From contig CAVYHV010000012.1 of NCBI GenBank assembly GCA_963768425.1, forward strand, positions 1 to 64,000: a stretch of DNA of 64,000 bases. The letters run 5' to 3'. The translations under genes and the position numbers were made by a program. Positions 42,887-54,150 of this stretch are shown in pieces (the first letter of the stretch is position 1; each line of letters begins with the position of its first letter). This DNA comes from Candidatus Bathyarchaeota archaeon. Lineage in GTDB: Archaea; Thermoproteota; Bathyarchaeia; Bathyarchaeales; Bathycorpusculaceae. The notes under the pieces were generated by a model that was not told the origin of the DNA, searched no databases, and was given only the letters and a program-made list of their open reading frames with translations.

Positions 42887-44254
42887 ATGAGAAATTTTAA
42901 AGACGCAGCATGGAAAGAAAGCGTAACTAAGGTAATACAGCAAATCCAAGAACAAGACATCAAATATGTGCGGCTTCAATTCACCGACATCAATGGCATG
43001 CTCAAAAACTTAGCCGTTAGTTCAAAGAACTTGGAAACAATTTTTGAACACGGGCAATCCTTCGACGGCTCCTCTATCACAGGGTACCGGCCAATAGAGG
43101 AATCAGATATGGTTCTCTACCCTGACCCTACAACTTTTGCTGTTGTGCCTTGGAGACCAAAAGAGAAATCCAGCGCCCGATTGATATGCGATATCTACAC
43201 TCCTCAAAACAAACGCTTCGAAGGCGACCCACGCTTCGTTCTGGAGCGTGTCACTGAAAAAGCAGCTAAATCAGGCTACACATTCTTCTGCGCTCCTGAA
43301 CTGGAGTTCTTTATCGTGAAAGAAAGCGAAGAGGAAGGAGGGTTACCCACCCCGATTGACATGGCTGGCTACTTTGATTTTCATCCTGGCGACTTAACTG
43401 ATGACTTGCGTAGAGAAATAGCTGACACTGCAGAAGCGTTCGGCATTGACATTGAGATTTCTCATCATGAAGTTGCTTTAGGCCAGAACGAGATTGACTT
43501 CAAGTTTGACGAGGCGTTAAAGACGGCTGACCGAACAATCACCATGAAGATGTGCGGCAAAGTTGTAGGCGCCCGAAATGGCTTCATCACCACATACATG
43601 CCTAAGCCTTTTTCCGGCATAAACGGGTCAGGAATGCATACTCACCAAAGCCTCTGGAACAAAGATGCAACCCAAAATCTCTTTTACGCCGACGACGAAA
43701 AGAACGGTTTCCTGTCTGACTTGGCGAGAAACTTCATCGGCGGACAATTGGCTCACGGGCGCAAAATGTGCGCAATACTTGATTCGTGGCCAAACAGCTT
43801 CAAACGGTTAGTCCCAGGCTACGAGGCACCAGTGTATCTTGCTTGGGCCCACAAAAACCGCTCACCTCTTATCCGTGTACCCAACTTCGGCGGAAGAAAG
43901 AACGCGGCTCGATGCGAAATTCGCAACCCAGACGGCGCAGGCAACCCATACCTGCAGTTTGCAGTGCTATTAGCAGCGGGTTTAGACGGCATCAAAAACA
44001 GGATTGATCCAGGCGATCCAGTAGAGCTCAACGTTTACCAGATGACTTACGAAGAACGCAAAGAACGCAACATCGTCTCGCTGCCAGAGTCACTGCAGGA
44101 AGCCTTAGACGAATTGGAAACCAGTGATTTGATGAAGGAGACGTTGGGTGAAACCGCGTTTGACAATTTCCTGCGGGAAAAGCGCCGCGAATGGGACCTT
44201 TACCGCACACAGGTGACCGACTGGGAAGTAAACCGCTACATCAAACGACTCTAA
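42887..44254 (+). CDS. glnA: Glutamine synthetase type I, copy 2 (GSI-alpha-like)
   Basis: FDGSSITG, APELEFF, SHHEVA.GQNEIDF, NGSGMH, KRLVPGYEAP. Confidence 0.85.
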   Translation: MRNFKDAAWKESVTKVIQQIQEQDIKYVRLQFTDINGMLKNLAVSSKNLETIFEHGQSFDGSSITGYRPIEESDMVLYPDPTTFAVVPWRPKEKSSARLICDIYTPQNKRFEGDPRFVLERVTEKAAKSGYTFFCAPELEFFIVKESEEEGGLPTPIDMAGYFDFHPGDLTDDLRREIADTAEAFGIDIEISHHEVALGQNEIDFKFDEALKTADRTITMKMCGKVVGARNGFITTYMPKPFSGINGSGMHTHQSLWNKDATQNLFYADDEKNGFLSDLARNFIGGQLAHGRKMCAILDSWPNSFKRLVPGYEAPVYLAWAHKNRSPLIRVPNFGGRKNAARCEIRNPDGAGNPYLQFAVLLAAGLDGIKNRIDPGDPVELNVYQMTYEERKERNIVSLPESLQEALDELETSDLMKETLGETAFDNFLREKRREWDLYRTQVTDWEVNRYIKRL

Positions 44255-44382
44255 ACTAAATGGCTTTGTTCCCTTTTTTTTGTTTTTCTCTTTCTTTTGA
44301 ATCCTATAATAACGTGATCTACTCTGGGTGTGAAAGATAAAGCTTTATTCAACCAAACTTCAATCTTTAGCGAGGTAGAACT

Positions 44383-44703
44383 ATGGACGAGATGGAAAAC
44401 TTCTTTCCAGCTTTAGACGAGAAAGAACTCAAAGATGGCGAAATGAAGCTCGTTTCAGTCGAAGGCACCGCAATCCTGCTGATCAAGCAGTCCGGTCAAA
44501 TTTTCGCAATTGACAACCGATGCCCACACCAAGGCTGCGGCTTTTCAGGCGGAACAATAGATGGATTAGTCATTGTTTGTCCTTGTCACGATTGGCGTTT
44601 TGATCTTGTATCAGGCGCTTACGAAGAGGAGCCGGAGATGACGCTAACAAAGTTCGAGTGGAAAATTAAGGACGGAAAAATCTGGGTAAAGCTTGAAGAT
44701 TGA
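44383..44703 (+). CDS. Rieske-type [2Fe-2S] ferredoxin
   Basis: CPHQ...CPCHDWRFD. Confidence 0.9.
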   Translation: MDEMENFFPALDEKELKDGEMKLVSVEGTAILLIKQSGQIFAIDNRCPHQGCGFSGGTIDGLVIVCPCHDWRFDLVSGAYEEEPEMTLTKFEWKIKDGKIWVKLED

Positions 44704-44812
44704 AAACCTGTCGAGTTTAAAACGTTAGTGTTATTCCAAGAAGCACGAAACAGCTTCACTCTTATATCGGTTTTTCTAATAATCATTACTCAAGAAATTG
44801 AGGCATAACAAA

Positions 44813-45163
44813 TTGGTAACCTTCACTCTGATAATTTATGAAGCCCCATACGCAAAAGAACGTGCTCTTTCTGCGCTTCGATTCGCATGGACTTGCGACG
44901 TAGAAGGACACAAAGTAAGAATCTGGCTCTTCGAAAACGGCGTCTACATAGCCAAAAAAGGGCAAAAACCCGCCCAGGGGTTAACTAACTATGGGCAAAT
45001 GTTAGAAGACCTGATGAAAGGAGGAACGGAAGTCAAAGCCTGCGTCGTTTGTTGCGAAGCAAGAGGCCTAACCCAAGCTGACCTGCTCGACGGCGTCAAA
45101 ATCGCCACCGTACACGAGCTCGTCCAATGGACCGTCGACAGTGACAAAATTATCGAGTTTTAG
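44813..45163 (+). CDS. DsrE/TusD family sulfur-relay protein
   Basis: APY..E.A.SALRFA, L.ENGVY, ACVVCCEARG. Confidence 0.85.
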   Translation: MVTFTLIIYEAPYAKERALSALRFAWTCDVEGHKVRIWLFENGVYIAKKGQKPAQGLTNYGQMLEDLMKGGTEVKACVVCCEARGLTQADLLDGVKIATVHELVQWTVDSDKIIEF

Positions 45164-45173
45164 GGCGACCTTT

Positions 45174-45398
45174 TTGGTAACCGAAAAACTGGATGTCAAA
45201 GGAAAAATGTGCCCCATGCCAGTAGCATTTACGAAGCGGAAGCTTGAAAACATGGCTTCTAGTCAATTGCTCGAGGTTGTTGGAGAAGGTGCATTGGAAT
45301 TTGATAACATTCAACGATGGGTTAAGAATAACGGACACGAGATTGTTGAGGCTTCTAAATCAGGAGAGGAATTCATGATTCTAATTCGAAAACGATGA
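45174..45398 (+). CDS. tusA: TusA/SirA family sulfur carrier
   Basis: LDVKGKMCPMP (CPxP motif), DNIQRW..NNGH. Confidence 0.9.
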   Translation: MVTEKLDVKGKMCPMPVAFTKRKLENMASSQLLEVVGEGALEFDNIQRWVKNNGHEIVEASKSGEEFMILIRKR

Positions 45399-45417
45399 TT
45401 TGAAGGAGGAAGAACCT

Positions 45418-46439
45418 TTGGACTATAGGTTGACAAAAGTTGTTCCGGTTCACGGTTGCAGCTGCAAGCTTCCTCAGTTCCAACTTGGTAGATTGCTCGA
45501 TAACGCGGGTTTATCTGGCAGTTTCGACGAGTCTGTACTGGCAGGTCCATGGGAAAACTCCAGCGTCGTAAAAATAGCAGACGACATCGCAGTTTTGAAT
45601 ACTTTGGATTTTTTCACGCCGATGGTTGATGAACCCGAGATTCAGGGTAGAATCGCAGGAAGCAACGTGACTAGCGACATTTACGCTTTAGGAGTGACCA
45701 ACATTGTTAGTGTCTTGTCTATTCTGGCGTTTCCTGAAAACATGCCTGATGAGCTAGCCGTGGGAATGCTGAAAGGGTTTGGTGACTTTTGCCGCGAGAT
45801 GGGTGCCCCCGTGCTTGGCGGTCACACGATTAGGAACCCTTGGCCCCTCATCGGCGGGGCGGCAACAGGAGTGGGCGACCCAAATCAGATTGTTTATACC
45901 TAGAGGCGCGAAGGCTGGCGACCAACTGTTTTTGACAAAGCCTCTTGGAGTTGCTCCTGCAATGGCTGCATACAGGCTTAGAAAAGAAGAAGACGGAAAA
46001 GAATTGCTTAAAGACATTCAGGAGGCGCCTAATTGGCGACGCGGTCACTGAAGCCATCGAAGGAATGATTAGCTCCAACAAACCGGTTGCTGAAGCGATG
46101 CAGAAGGTTCCGGTTCATGCGGCAACCGACATCACAGGTTTCGGTCTTACAGGTCACGCTGGAAACATGGCTTTGCTAGGTAACGTTGATATCGTTATTG
46201 ACCAGCTTGCAGTGATTCGTGGGACGCCAGTTTTGGCGGAACTTTTTGGGTACCCATTGCTGACTGGTGAATCAAAAGAAACTGCAGGCGGCATGCTAAT
46301 TTCAGTTGCGAAAGAAGACGTAGATAACTTGCTTGGCGAGTTGGATAAGCGGAAAGTTAGACATTTCAAAGTTGGCTACGTTACTGAGGGTAAAGGAAGT
46401 GTTGAGGTTCTCAAAAACGTCAATGTTATTGAAGCCTAG
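45418..46439 (+). CDS. selD: Selenophosphate synthetase, Cys-type (indels near 45900 and 46020)
   Basis: HGCSCK, DFFTPMVD, N..SDIYALG, GGHTI.NPWPLIGG, LTKPLG, ATDITGFGL.GH, ETAGG. SD GGAGG precedes TTG at 45418. Confidence 0.9.
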
Positions 46440-46468
46440 GAAAACAACGCTAAACTTAATTGTACTGA

Positions 46469-46825
46469 ATGCTTCAAGTAGTATCGGTGGCTGAAGTGTC
46501 CGCACTACGTTATGAGATTAAGCTTTGGATGGTTAACGAAAAAAACGAATCCGTTTTCGGCGACGGCATAGCTGAACTTCTGGAAGAAATAGACAAATGT
46601 CATTCAATGCTAAAAGCTGCTGAAGATTTGAACATGTCTTACAGGTACGCATTACATCGGATTACTTTGGCAGAGAGCAGGCTTGGAAAATTGCTAGTAA
46701 TTCGGATGCGTGGAGGGGCAAAAGGTGGAGGATCTTCAGAGGTTACCGATTTCGGTAAGGATTTGGCTAGACGATACCGGAGTGCCCAATCGGAGCTTAA
46801 CAGGGAACTGAAAGAAATGCCTTGA
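46469..46825 (+). CDS. ModE N-terminal winged-helix regulator
   Basis: FGDG.AELL..I....S...AA..L.MSY; RGGAKGGGS.VT. Confidence 0.85.
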   Translation: MLQVVSVAEVSALRYEIKLWMVNEKNESVFGDGIAELLEEIDKCHSMLKAAEDLNMSYRYALHRITLAESRLGKLLVIRMRGGAKGGGSSEVTDFGKDLARRYRSAQSELNRELKEMP

Positions 46826-46966
46826 ACCGCTTAGGGCGAAGTATCTAAGGCTTTGCATACGTGATTTTACGAGTTTTCGTTTTTTTTATTTGTAGTATTA
46901 TTTTGTCTGCAAGAAATGTTTATAACATTCGACTTTACTGACTGATAACATCGAGTATGATGAAAA

Positions 46967-48000
46967 ATGAATACCAAATATCTCGCAGTAGCATTGGTAG
47001 TCGTAATAATAGTTGCTTCAGCACTAGGTTATTTAGCATACAACGGAACATTCTCGTCAAACTCCAAAATTTCCCCTACACCTTCACCCGCACCGACAGC
47101 AACAGCGTCGCCAACACTTGTTCCAACAGCTACAGTAACAGCATCACCTACACCAACTAAAATACCTACCCCGACCGCAGCTCCAACAGCCTCTCCAAGT
47201 CCTGCTCCAACTGCAACCCCGACACCTGTTACTCTAACAGTGTTTGTTGCAGCAAGCTTAGTCAACGTCGTTGCCAACATGACCGCAGCATTCGACAAGC
47301 AATACAACTGCAACATAGTAGTCAACTCTGGCTCATCAAGCACACTTGAAGCGCAAATTGCTTCAGGCGCACCATGCGACGTCTTCATGTCCGCAGACAT
47401 CAAATGGACCAACACATTAAACAGCTACATCAGCCTGGCACATACGGCAACTTCAACACCAACTTCACAACAAACAAACTCTGCGTCATCATAGCACAGG
47501 GCAACCCGAAAAACATTACATCACTAGCAGATTTAGCTTCTACCGCTACAGGTGCTAATAAGATACATATCGTAATAGCGCAGACGTCAGTTCCTGTAGG
47601 CTCATACACAAACCAAACCCTGACAAAAATTAACTAACACATGGGGCAACTCAAGCTCTCCAAGCTACGTCACAAACGGTTCTTACGTTAACTATTACAC
47701 GAATTTCCAAAACAACGTCATTAATACATTATCAACTGATGAACAAGTAGTTGGCGCCGTTAACCTCAACGTAGGAGTCGCTGACGCTGGCATCGTGTAC
47801 TACTCTGACGAAGCTTACGCCAACATGATAGGAGAAACAGTACAATTCCTTCCAATACCTAACTCAGTAAACACTATTGGCACTTACGGCATTTGCATAC
47901 CTAGCGAAACAACTCAATCAACTGTAGCACAAGACTTCTATAATTACTGGCTTTCAGCCAAGGACAAGCGCTGCTGACAGAATTCGGATTCGGGTCATAA
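46967..48000 (+). CDS. modA: Molybdate ABC substrate-binding protein with Pro/Thr stalk (several frameshifts)
   Basis: VFVAASL, GSSSTLEAQI.SGAPCDVFMSAD, VPVGSY, DAGIVY.SD. Confidence 0.85.
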
Positions 48001-48057
48001 AAGTGCATATTAAGCACTCCTATCATCTTTTTTTAACTTATCGAACGGTGCAACATA

Positions 48058-48890
48058 TTGAAGCATAGCTTCGCTAATTCGATATCCAGATAAAATTATA
48101 ATTTTAATCGTTGCTCTAATAGTAATAACATACTTTCTTTTTATAACTGTACCCATTTTAGCAGTTTTCTTGAAAATCGAACCAAGCCAAGTCAGCGCTC
48201 AAATACGTAACGCTGGAATCATAGAAGCAATTAAACTCAGCTTAATTACATCGGGCATAGCGACTTTAATTGCTTTTGTCTTAGCGGTACCATCTGCTTA
48301 TTTCATGGTAACAAGGAATTTTCCTGGAAAAACAATCCTTGATACTCATAATGGATTTACCCATAGTGTTGCCGCCTGCTGTAGCGGGTGTGGCATTGCT
48401 ATACACTTTTGCGCCGAAAGGACTGCTGGGCCCAATATTCAATAGAATAGGATATCATTATACCTGGAAGCACAATAGCAGTTATTATTGCTGAAACTTT
48501 TGTTGCATCCCCATTTCTTTTCAGATCTGCCAAAGTTGGATTTGAAAACATGGACAGAGACATCATTAACAGTGCGAAAATGTTAACCGGTTCTCGCCTC
48601 AGGGTATTTTTCACAGTCACTTTCCCTTTATCAATACGGGCTATAATTTCTGGAACCATGATGACTTGGGCAAGAGCCATGGGTGAGTTCGGCGCAACCC
48701 TAATGTTTGCAGGAAACATTGCAGGGATAACTCAGACAATGCCCCTAGCAATCTACATGTTTCTGTATTACGATCCTTTAGCAGGAATCATGTTATCCAT
48801 TATTTTAATCATAATTTCATTCTCAATTCTTATTATCAGTTAAGCTTCTTGAGCAGAAAAGGTTTGGAGCCAAAAAATGATAAAAATTGA
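48058..48890 (+). CDS. modB: Molybdate ABC permease (frameshifted; ends approximate)
   Basis: FPGK..LD, WARAMGEFGATLMFAGN..G.TQTMPLAIY. Confidence 0.8.
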
Positions 48891-49990
48891 TTCAATTACA
48901 AAATCATTTAGAGAAAAAAAAGTTTTGGAAGACCTCAGTCTCGAAGTCAAAGACGAGGAAATCTTGTCACTTCTTGGGCCAAACGGTTGTGGAAAAACAA
49001 CGCTGCTTAACATACTTTCAGGCATAACAAGGCAAGATGAAGGCAACATTTACATTAACGATGTCTTAGTAAGCGGAAAAGCTGGCACAAGAAATGTTCA
49101 CATTAAGCCATCTGATCGCAAAGTTGGCTATGTCTTCCAAACGGTATCCCTTTTTCCTCATATGCGTGTTCAAGACAACGTGGCATACGGGTTAAAGGCG
49201 CTTCACTTACCTAAACAAGAAGTTAAAAAAAGAACAGAGAACTTGCTTGAATTTCGTTGGTCTTCACGAATACGCAAAGTTTTATCCAAATCAACTTAGC
49301 GGCGGGCAAAAGCAGCGGATTGCGTTGGCGAGGTCGTTAGCTACTGAACCTCAAGTGCTGCTTTTAGATGAGCCTGTTTCCGCGGTAGATCCGCAGTTAA
49401 GGGAGTCTTTCAGACTGGAACTCAAAAACTACCTGCAGGCGCTTAAAATTACTGTAGTGTATGTTACGCATAATTTGTCCGAAGCATTCGTCATGTCGGA
49501 CAGGATAGCCGTGATGGGCAACGGACACATTGAGCAAATCGGCAACAGAACGGAAATTTTTGATAAGCCCAGCTCATCATATGTTGCCAAGTTTCTGGGA
49601 ATAAATACTTTGAATGGTAAAGCGGTTAAAAATCAGGATGGCCTAGTCAAGATTGAGGCAAACGGGGTGGTGTTGCTGGCTCGTGCTTCACCGGATTTGA
49701 TTGGAAAAAAAGTGATTGCAACCCTTAAACCTGACAATATCTTTGTTTCAAAATCGCCTCAATCAAATTTTGGCGGTGAAGCAGGCAATTCTGTTGAAGG
49801 CGTCATAACTGAGATGGTTCAAATGCGATCAAACGCTATGGTTACAGTTGACGCTGGGTTTCTGGTAAAAACAAGGATTCCTTTAAGCTCAATTAAAAAC
49901 GAAAACCTTAGCATAGGCGATAAAGTCTATCTGCATTTCAGCGCCGACTCATTAAATGTCTTTGCAGACAACGACGCAAAAACATTTTGA
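48877..49990 (+). CDS. modC: Molybdate ABC ATPase with TOBE domain (frameshift near 49255)
   Basis: GPNGCGKTT, LSGGQKQR, LLLDEP, VTH; C-terminal TOBE-like strands. Confidence 0.85.
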
Positions 49991-50264
49991 TCATTTAAAA
50001 AGGCAGATTCAAGTCATTTTTCAATCTTCCAAAATGCAAAAGGAAAAATCAGAAAGACTGAATCGACCTTACACTGGGAAGAAATCAAATGTTTCCTTCG
50101 CAATGGCAATGGTGATGCTCTTCCGGGTCTTCAGGTGTAGCAAATAAACCAAAGAAACTGAAAATCGTGTATTTGTTTTTCTTTCTGGGCATGCTTATCC
50201 CTAACTAAGCCCTAAGGCAACGAAACATATAAACGTAATTTTAGTTTTCGTCGTTGATTGCGGC

Positions 50265-50791
50265 TTAATCGTTGTTGCAGATAATGGCTTTTTTAACGAC
50301 CAAATCGGCAAGGTCTCCACTTTGCGTCGAAATCCTGAACATCGGAACTCCAAACGCTGCGGCTTTCTCCGTTTCTGGCTTCGACTCTAAGATTAAACCT
50401 GAAATTGCCATAACCGAATGATCCATGTAGCTTTTCACTTCGTTAGAGGTTTTCGCTGCAATTATCTTCGGAATGCTTTGCTCTCGCTCGAAGCCTTCTA
50501 AGAGTACATAATCCAGCTTTTCCATGTACGGCGAAATCTCTTTTGCCTAAGCCGTCTTTTGATGAAGATGACGGTTTCGTCTCTTGGAACTGCAACGATG
50601 ATTTCGGCTCCGGCATTGCTGTATCTGTCGGTTTCTGTGGCGGGCGTATCCAAAGTTGGAATGCGCATCATCTCTTTGATTGTCCCAACCCGAAATCCAC
50701 GGCTCTTCAACTCCACAATCAGATGCTCGATAACGGTGGTTTTTCCGGAGTGTTTCCCGCCGATAACCGCAACCATTTTAGGCAAATTCAA
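50265..50791 (-). CDS. mobB: MobB-like protein, copy 1 (frameshift near 50535)
   Basis: GGKHSGKTT, G.RVGTIK, D....ETDRY..AGA, DYVLLEGF. Confidence 0.8.
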
Positions 50792-50877
50792 CCCTTATCC
50801 AATTTGTTTAAAGTGGATGAGCCATATATTGTTTGATGGTTGAGCGGAATTTTGGTCTCTCGCTCAGCTTGATCTGT

Positions 50878-52279
50878 TTATGCACTGTTTTGAATGGCAT
50901 AGAGCGCCGCGTCAAGGATTAAGCTGTTGGTGTTGCAGCCTGTGCCTGGGAATGCATTGTCCGTTGCTGTTTGCGCCGTCGCAGTACCCGTTTGAGGTTG
51001 GGTCGGGAAGGATGTTTTGGAGGTAAATAATCAGATTTTGAGCGAAGGTCGAATTGTACAGTGCTAGGAAGCTGTAGGCGACTTTAGTGTAGATTATGGG
51101 GTTGATGTTGAGGTAGGAGTTTGGGGTGGTGCTGGTTATTTTCCATGTTTGGCCGTTGGGGGCGACAACCCATTCGTAGAGGTATTGGCTTGTGAGAGAG
51201 TTTCCTTCGCTGAAAGCAACGTACTTGCCTGTTGCCATGTAGTATGCTTCATGGGCAAGGTAAACCTGGTGGGTTAGGCTGTTTAGTTGGGCGTTGCTGT
51301 TGTTGAGTTCGAACATTGCGCCAAGCAAGGGTTCGGTGGTGATGGCAGCATTTGGTAGTGTTACACCGTAAGTTGTGACATTTTGCGATTTGAAGATGTT
51401 ATTCATGATTTGGTAAGGGATGTTGTTGAGTTGGGGAAAAAAGCTTGCGAAGCCGCTGTCGATGTAATAGGCGTAGACGCTGTTGGAATCAGCGTCTTTT
51501 TCAACGTTAGGCAACAAAGCGGCATAGTCGCTTTGATTGTAAACGATGTAGTTAATCCTCTGCGTTAAACTGCTGTTGTAGCTTCTTAGATTGTTGAGAG
51601 CCACAAACAGTCTTCCTGTGTCCGCCTCGTCGACCGTGCCTGTTGCCTGGTCCGACAGTGAATGGTAATCTTGTCCGTTTGTACCGTCATAATACCAGTA
51701 GGGATAACTTGTTTTAGGATTTAAGGGTCGATTTTCAAGAAAATTCATAACTTTCTCAATTCTTGCGCTTGAACCCCACGAGCCATCGGTGCTTACTAAC
51801 CCGAGTTTCGCCGCGTCAATTACAGCTTGGATGTAACCGCCTAAGTCCCAAGCGGTAAAAGCTTTGAAATTGTTGCCTGACGCATATGGAAGCCCAGTTT
51901 GGGAGTCAACGCCTATGCCGGGTTGAAAGTAAGCCCACGCATTTGATGCTATGCCAAGCCAGACGGTAGCTGTTGACAGGTTGACCTGGAGCGACGAATC
52001 CTGAACCGCTGTTTTGATGAGAAATCGGGACATAGTCTATTCCCATCCACCGCTTTAGCTCTGAGTTTGAACTATAGAATGCGGCAAAAAAAGAAATCAG
52101 CAAAATAGCCGCGATGGCAATTGCAACGGCAGACCTTTGTTTTCCTGCCAAAACGCGAATGACCATGAGTTGACGAACTTTTGCCTCCAACCTTCAGGGA
52201 AGCGGGTAAACTGGCGACATCAGCGCATTTGAAGGAAGCGATTTCTTTTAGGGAGTAGCTTTGGGTCCATTAAATCCAT
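50878..52279 (-). CDS. DUF3131-like membrane-anchored putative glycoside hydrolase (frameshifted)
   Basis: AWAYF....D..TGL, TAWDLGGYI.A...A..LG, DTGRL, EP.L, AFSEG, TK.A; N-terminal TM. Confidence 0.6.
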
Positions 52280-52482
52280 TGCTTGGAACATGGATAAGGT
52301 AGGGTTCGATTTAAAACTAATGCAGAAAACAAAAATTTCCATAGTTTCCCAACCAGAACCAAAAAGCCAGAGTTTGCTAAAGATCATTCAGCTGAATGCT
52401 TCAATAGCAATTCAAAATTATTGAACTTAGGCGCAATTTATAAAAAGAAAGCAAGTACACTTTCAAGCAGGAGCGTGAACTC

Positions 52483-53050
52483 ATGGTTTTAGTTGTTGCC
52501 GCCGTCGGAGTAAGCGGTTCAGGAAAAACGGTTACGTTAGAGTACTTGATTTCTCGCTTGTCCAAGGAAGGCTACCAGATAGGTTCTATTAAGCATGTTC
52601 ACCATAAAGGCTTCACGATGGACAGGGAAGGCACGAACACTTGGCGTTATGCTAAGGCAGGCTCAAAAGTCATCGTTGCAATCTCCCCTGAAGAAATAGA
52701 CATCATCAAGAAAACCCAGATGGCGCTCAACGATTTAGACCGAATAATCGCGCTGCTTGAAAATGAGAAGCTGGACTTGGTTTTCATCGAAGGCTTCCAC
52801 AGCCTAATCGCGAAAAGAGCAGGACGTACCCAAAATCGTCACTGCAAAGGATGAAGAAGGGCTAAAGCAGACCCTGGAGGGAACCGTTAATCCAATCGTC
52901 GCGATCGCAGGCGTCGTTGCCACAAAATCCACAAGCAACGAATACCGTGGGATACCGATAATCAAAGTTCCGGAAGACGGACAAAAACTCGTCGATCTAA
53001 TAAGAAATCAATTACCCAAAAATAGACCAAGCAAAGAAGCTGCAGATTGA
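52483..53050 (+). CDS. mobB: MobB, copy 2 (frameshift near 52820)
   Basis: GVSGSGKT, IKHVHH..F.MD.EG.NTWR..KAG, FIEGF. Confidence 0.85.
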
Positions 53051-54150
53051 GGAAAAACTGCTTGACTAAAAGAGCTGCGCTTATATTGGCAGGGGGAAAA
53101 GCCCGTCGGTTCCAAGCCAAAGGCGGAGCAAGATGGGAAGATAAGGCGCTCGCAACTATTTCGGGAAAGCCCTTGCTGATTTACGCCCTCGAAAACGTTC
53201 ATGGCGTAGTTGACGAGGTTGCGGTAAGCGTGAAAGATGAAGAGCGCGCTGTAAGATACGAAAAAATCCTCAGAAAGAATAGTTTGAACAAGGTTCGGAT
53301 AGTGGTTGATGAAAAAAGCGACATTAGTGGTCCGACTGTGGCAATTATGTCGGGGCTAAGACGGGTTCAAGCGGATTATTGTCTTACATTGCCCTGTGAC
53401 ATGCCTTTTCTGGAGCCCAAAGTTGCGGACTACCTGTTCAAGCAAGCAGAAGAGTATGAAGTGGTTACCCCCATGTGGCCAAATGGCAGACTTGAAACCC
53501 TGCTGACAGTGCTGGAACGGAAAACGGGGTTGGAAATCGCTGAAACTCTGTGCAGACTAAAACGTCCTCGTTCAGATGACATTCAACGCGGCGCAAGCAA
53601 AACCCTCCTCGTATCTGCCTCGAATGAGATAAAAGAGCTTGACCCCGAACTCAAAAGCTTCATCAACATCAACTCCAAAGAAGATCTAAATAAGCTGCAA
53701 ACACGCCGAGCCCACGGTCCCATCAAAGAAAACGTAAAAATAAACCTTGGAGCTTCTCCAGTTTCCTATTTCAAACCTCTCAAAGAAGGTGCCGAATTGA
53801 TCCATCAAGGAAATCTTCCTGAGGCTCAAAATATTTTTTCTTCATGCTCCAAAAGCTTCGCGGCTAAGAAAGCTTTTTTTTGGGCTGGTATAAGCGGGGA
53901 AAACCAAGGCGAAACAATGTTGAAGCTCAGCGGACAGCAACAGGAACAAGAATTAGCTTTGGACTTAGATTTTCAGGGGAAAGAGGCTTTCGTTAAGGCA
54001 GCGAACGATTACAGATTAGAGTCAGAGAGGTTCGATGAGTACGGTTGCCGTTTGTTGGCGGAACGCGCGTTAGCTGATAAAGTATGGTGTGAGTCTTGGG
54101 CTATGGGGAAAACTGCGCACGTGCACAGGTACCCTTCGAAAGTCGCTTAA
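53047..54150 (+). CDS. mobA: Molybdenum cofactor guanylyltransferase with C-terminal extension
   Basis: LILAGGKARRF, DKAL, LPCDMPFL, FININS.ED, plus ~140 extra aa. Confidence 0.8.
   Translation: MRKNCLTKRAALILAGGKARRFQAKGGARWEDKALATISGKPLLIYALENVHGVVDEVAVSVKDEERAVRYEKILRKNSLNKVRIVVDEKSDISGPTVAIMSGLRRVQADYCLTLPCDMPFLEPKVADYLFKQAEEYEVVTPMWPNGRLETLLTVLERKTGLEIAETLCRLKRPRSDDIQRGASKTLLVSASNEIKELDPELKSFININSKEDLNKLQTRRAHGPIKENVKINLGASPVSYFKPLKEGAELIHQGNLPEAQNIFSSCSKSFAAKKAFFWAGISGENQGETMLKLSGQQQEQELALDLDFQGKEAFVKAANDYRLESERFDEYGCRLLAERALADKVWCESWAMGKTAHVHRYPSKVA

Noticed and set aside
45390-45420. TusA-SelD fusion via UGA readthrough
   Set aside because: The frames differ, TusA is already full length, and selD has its own SD and TTG start.
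45895-45910. In-frame TAG in selD as pyrrolysine or readthrough
   Set aside because: Homology resumes in another frame (YTRGAKAGD) after removing one base, so it is an indel rather than recoding.
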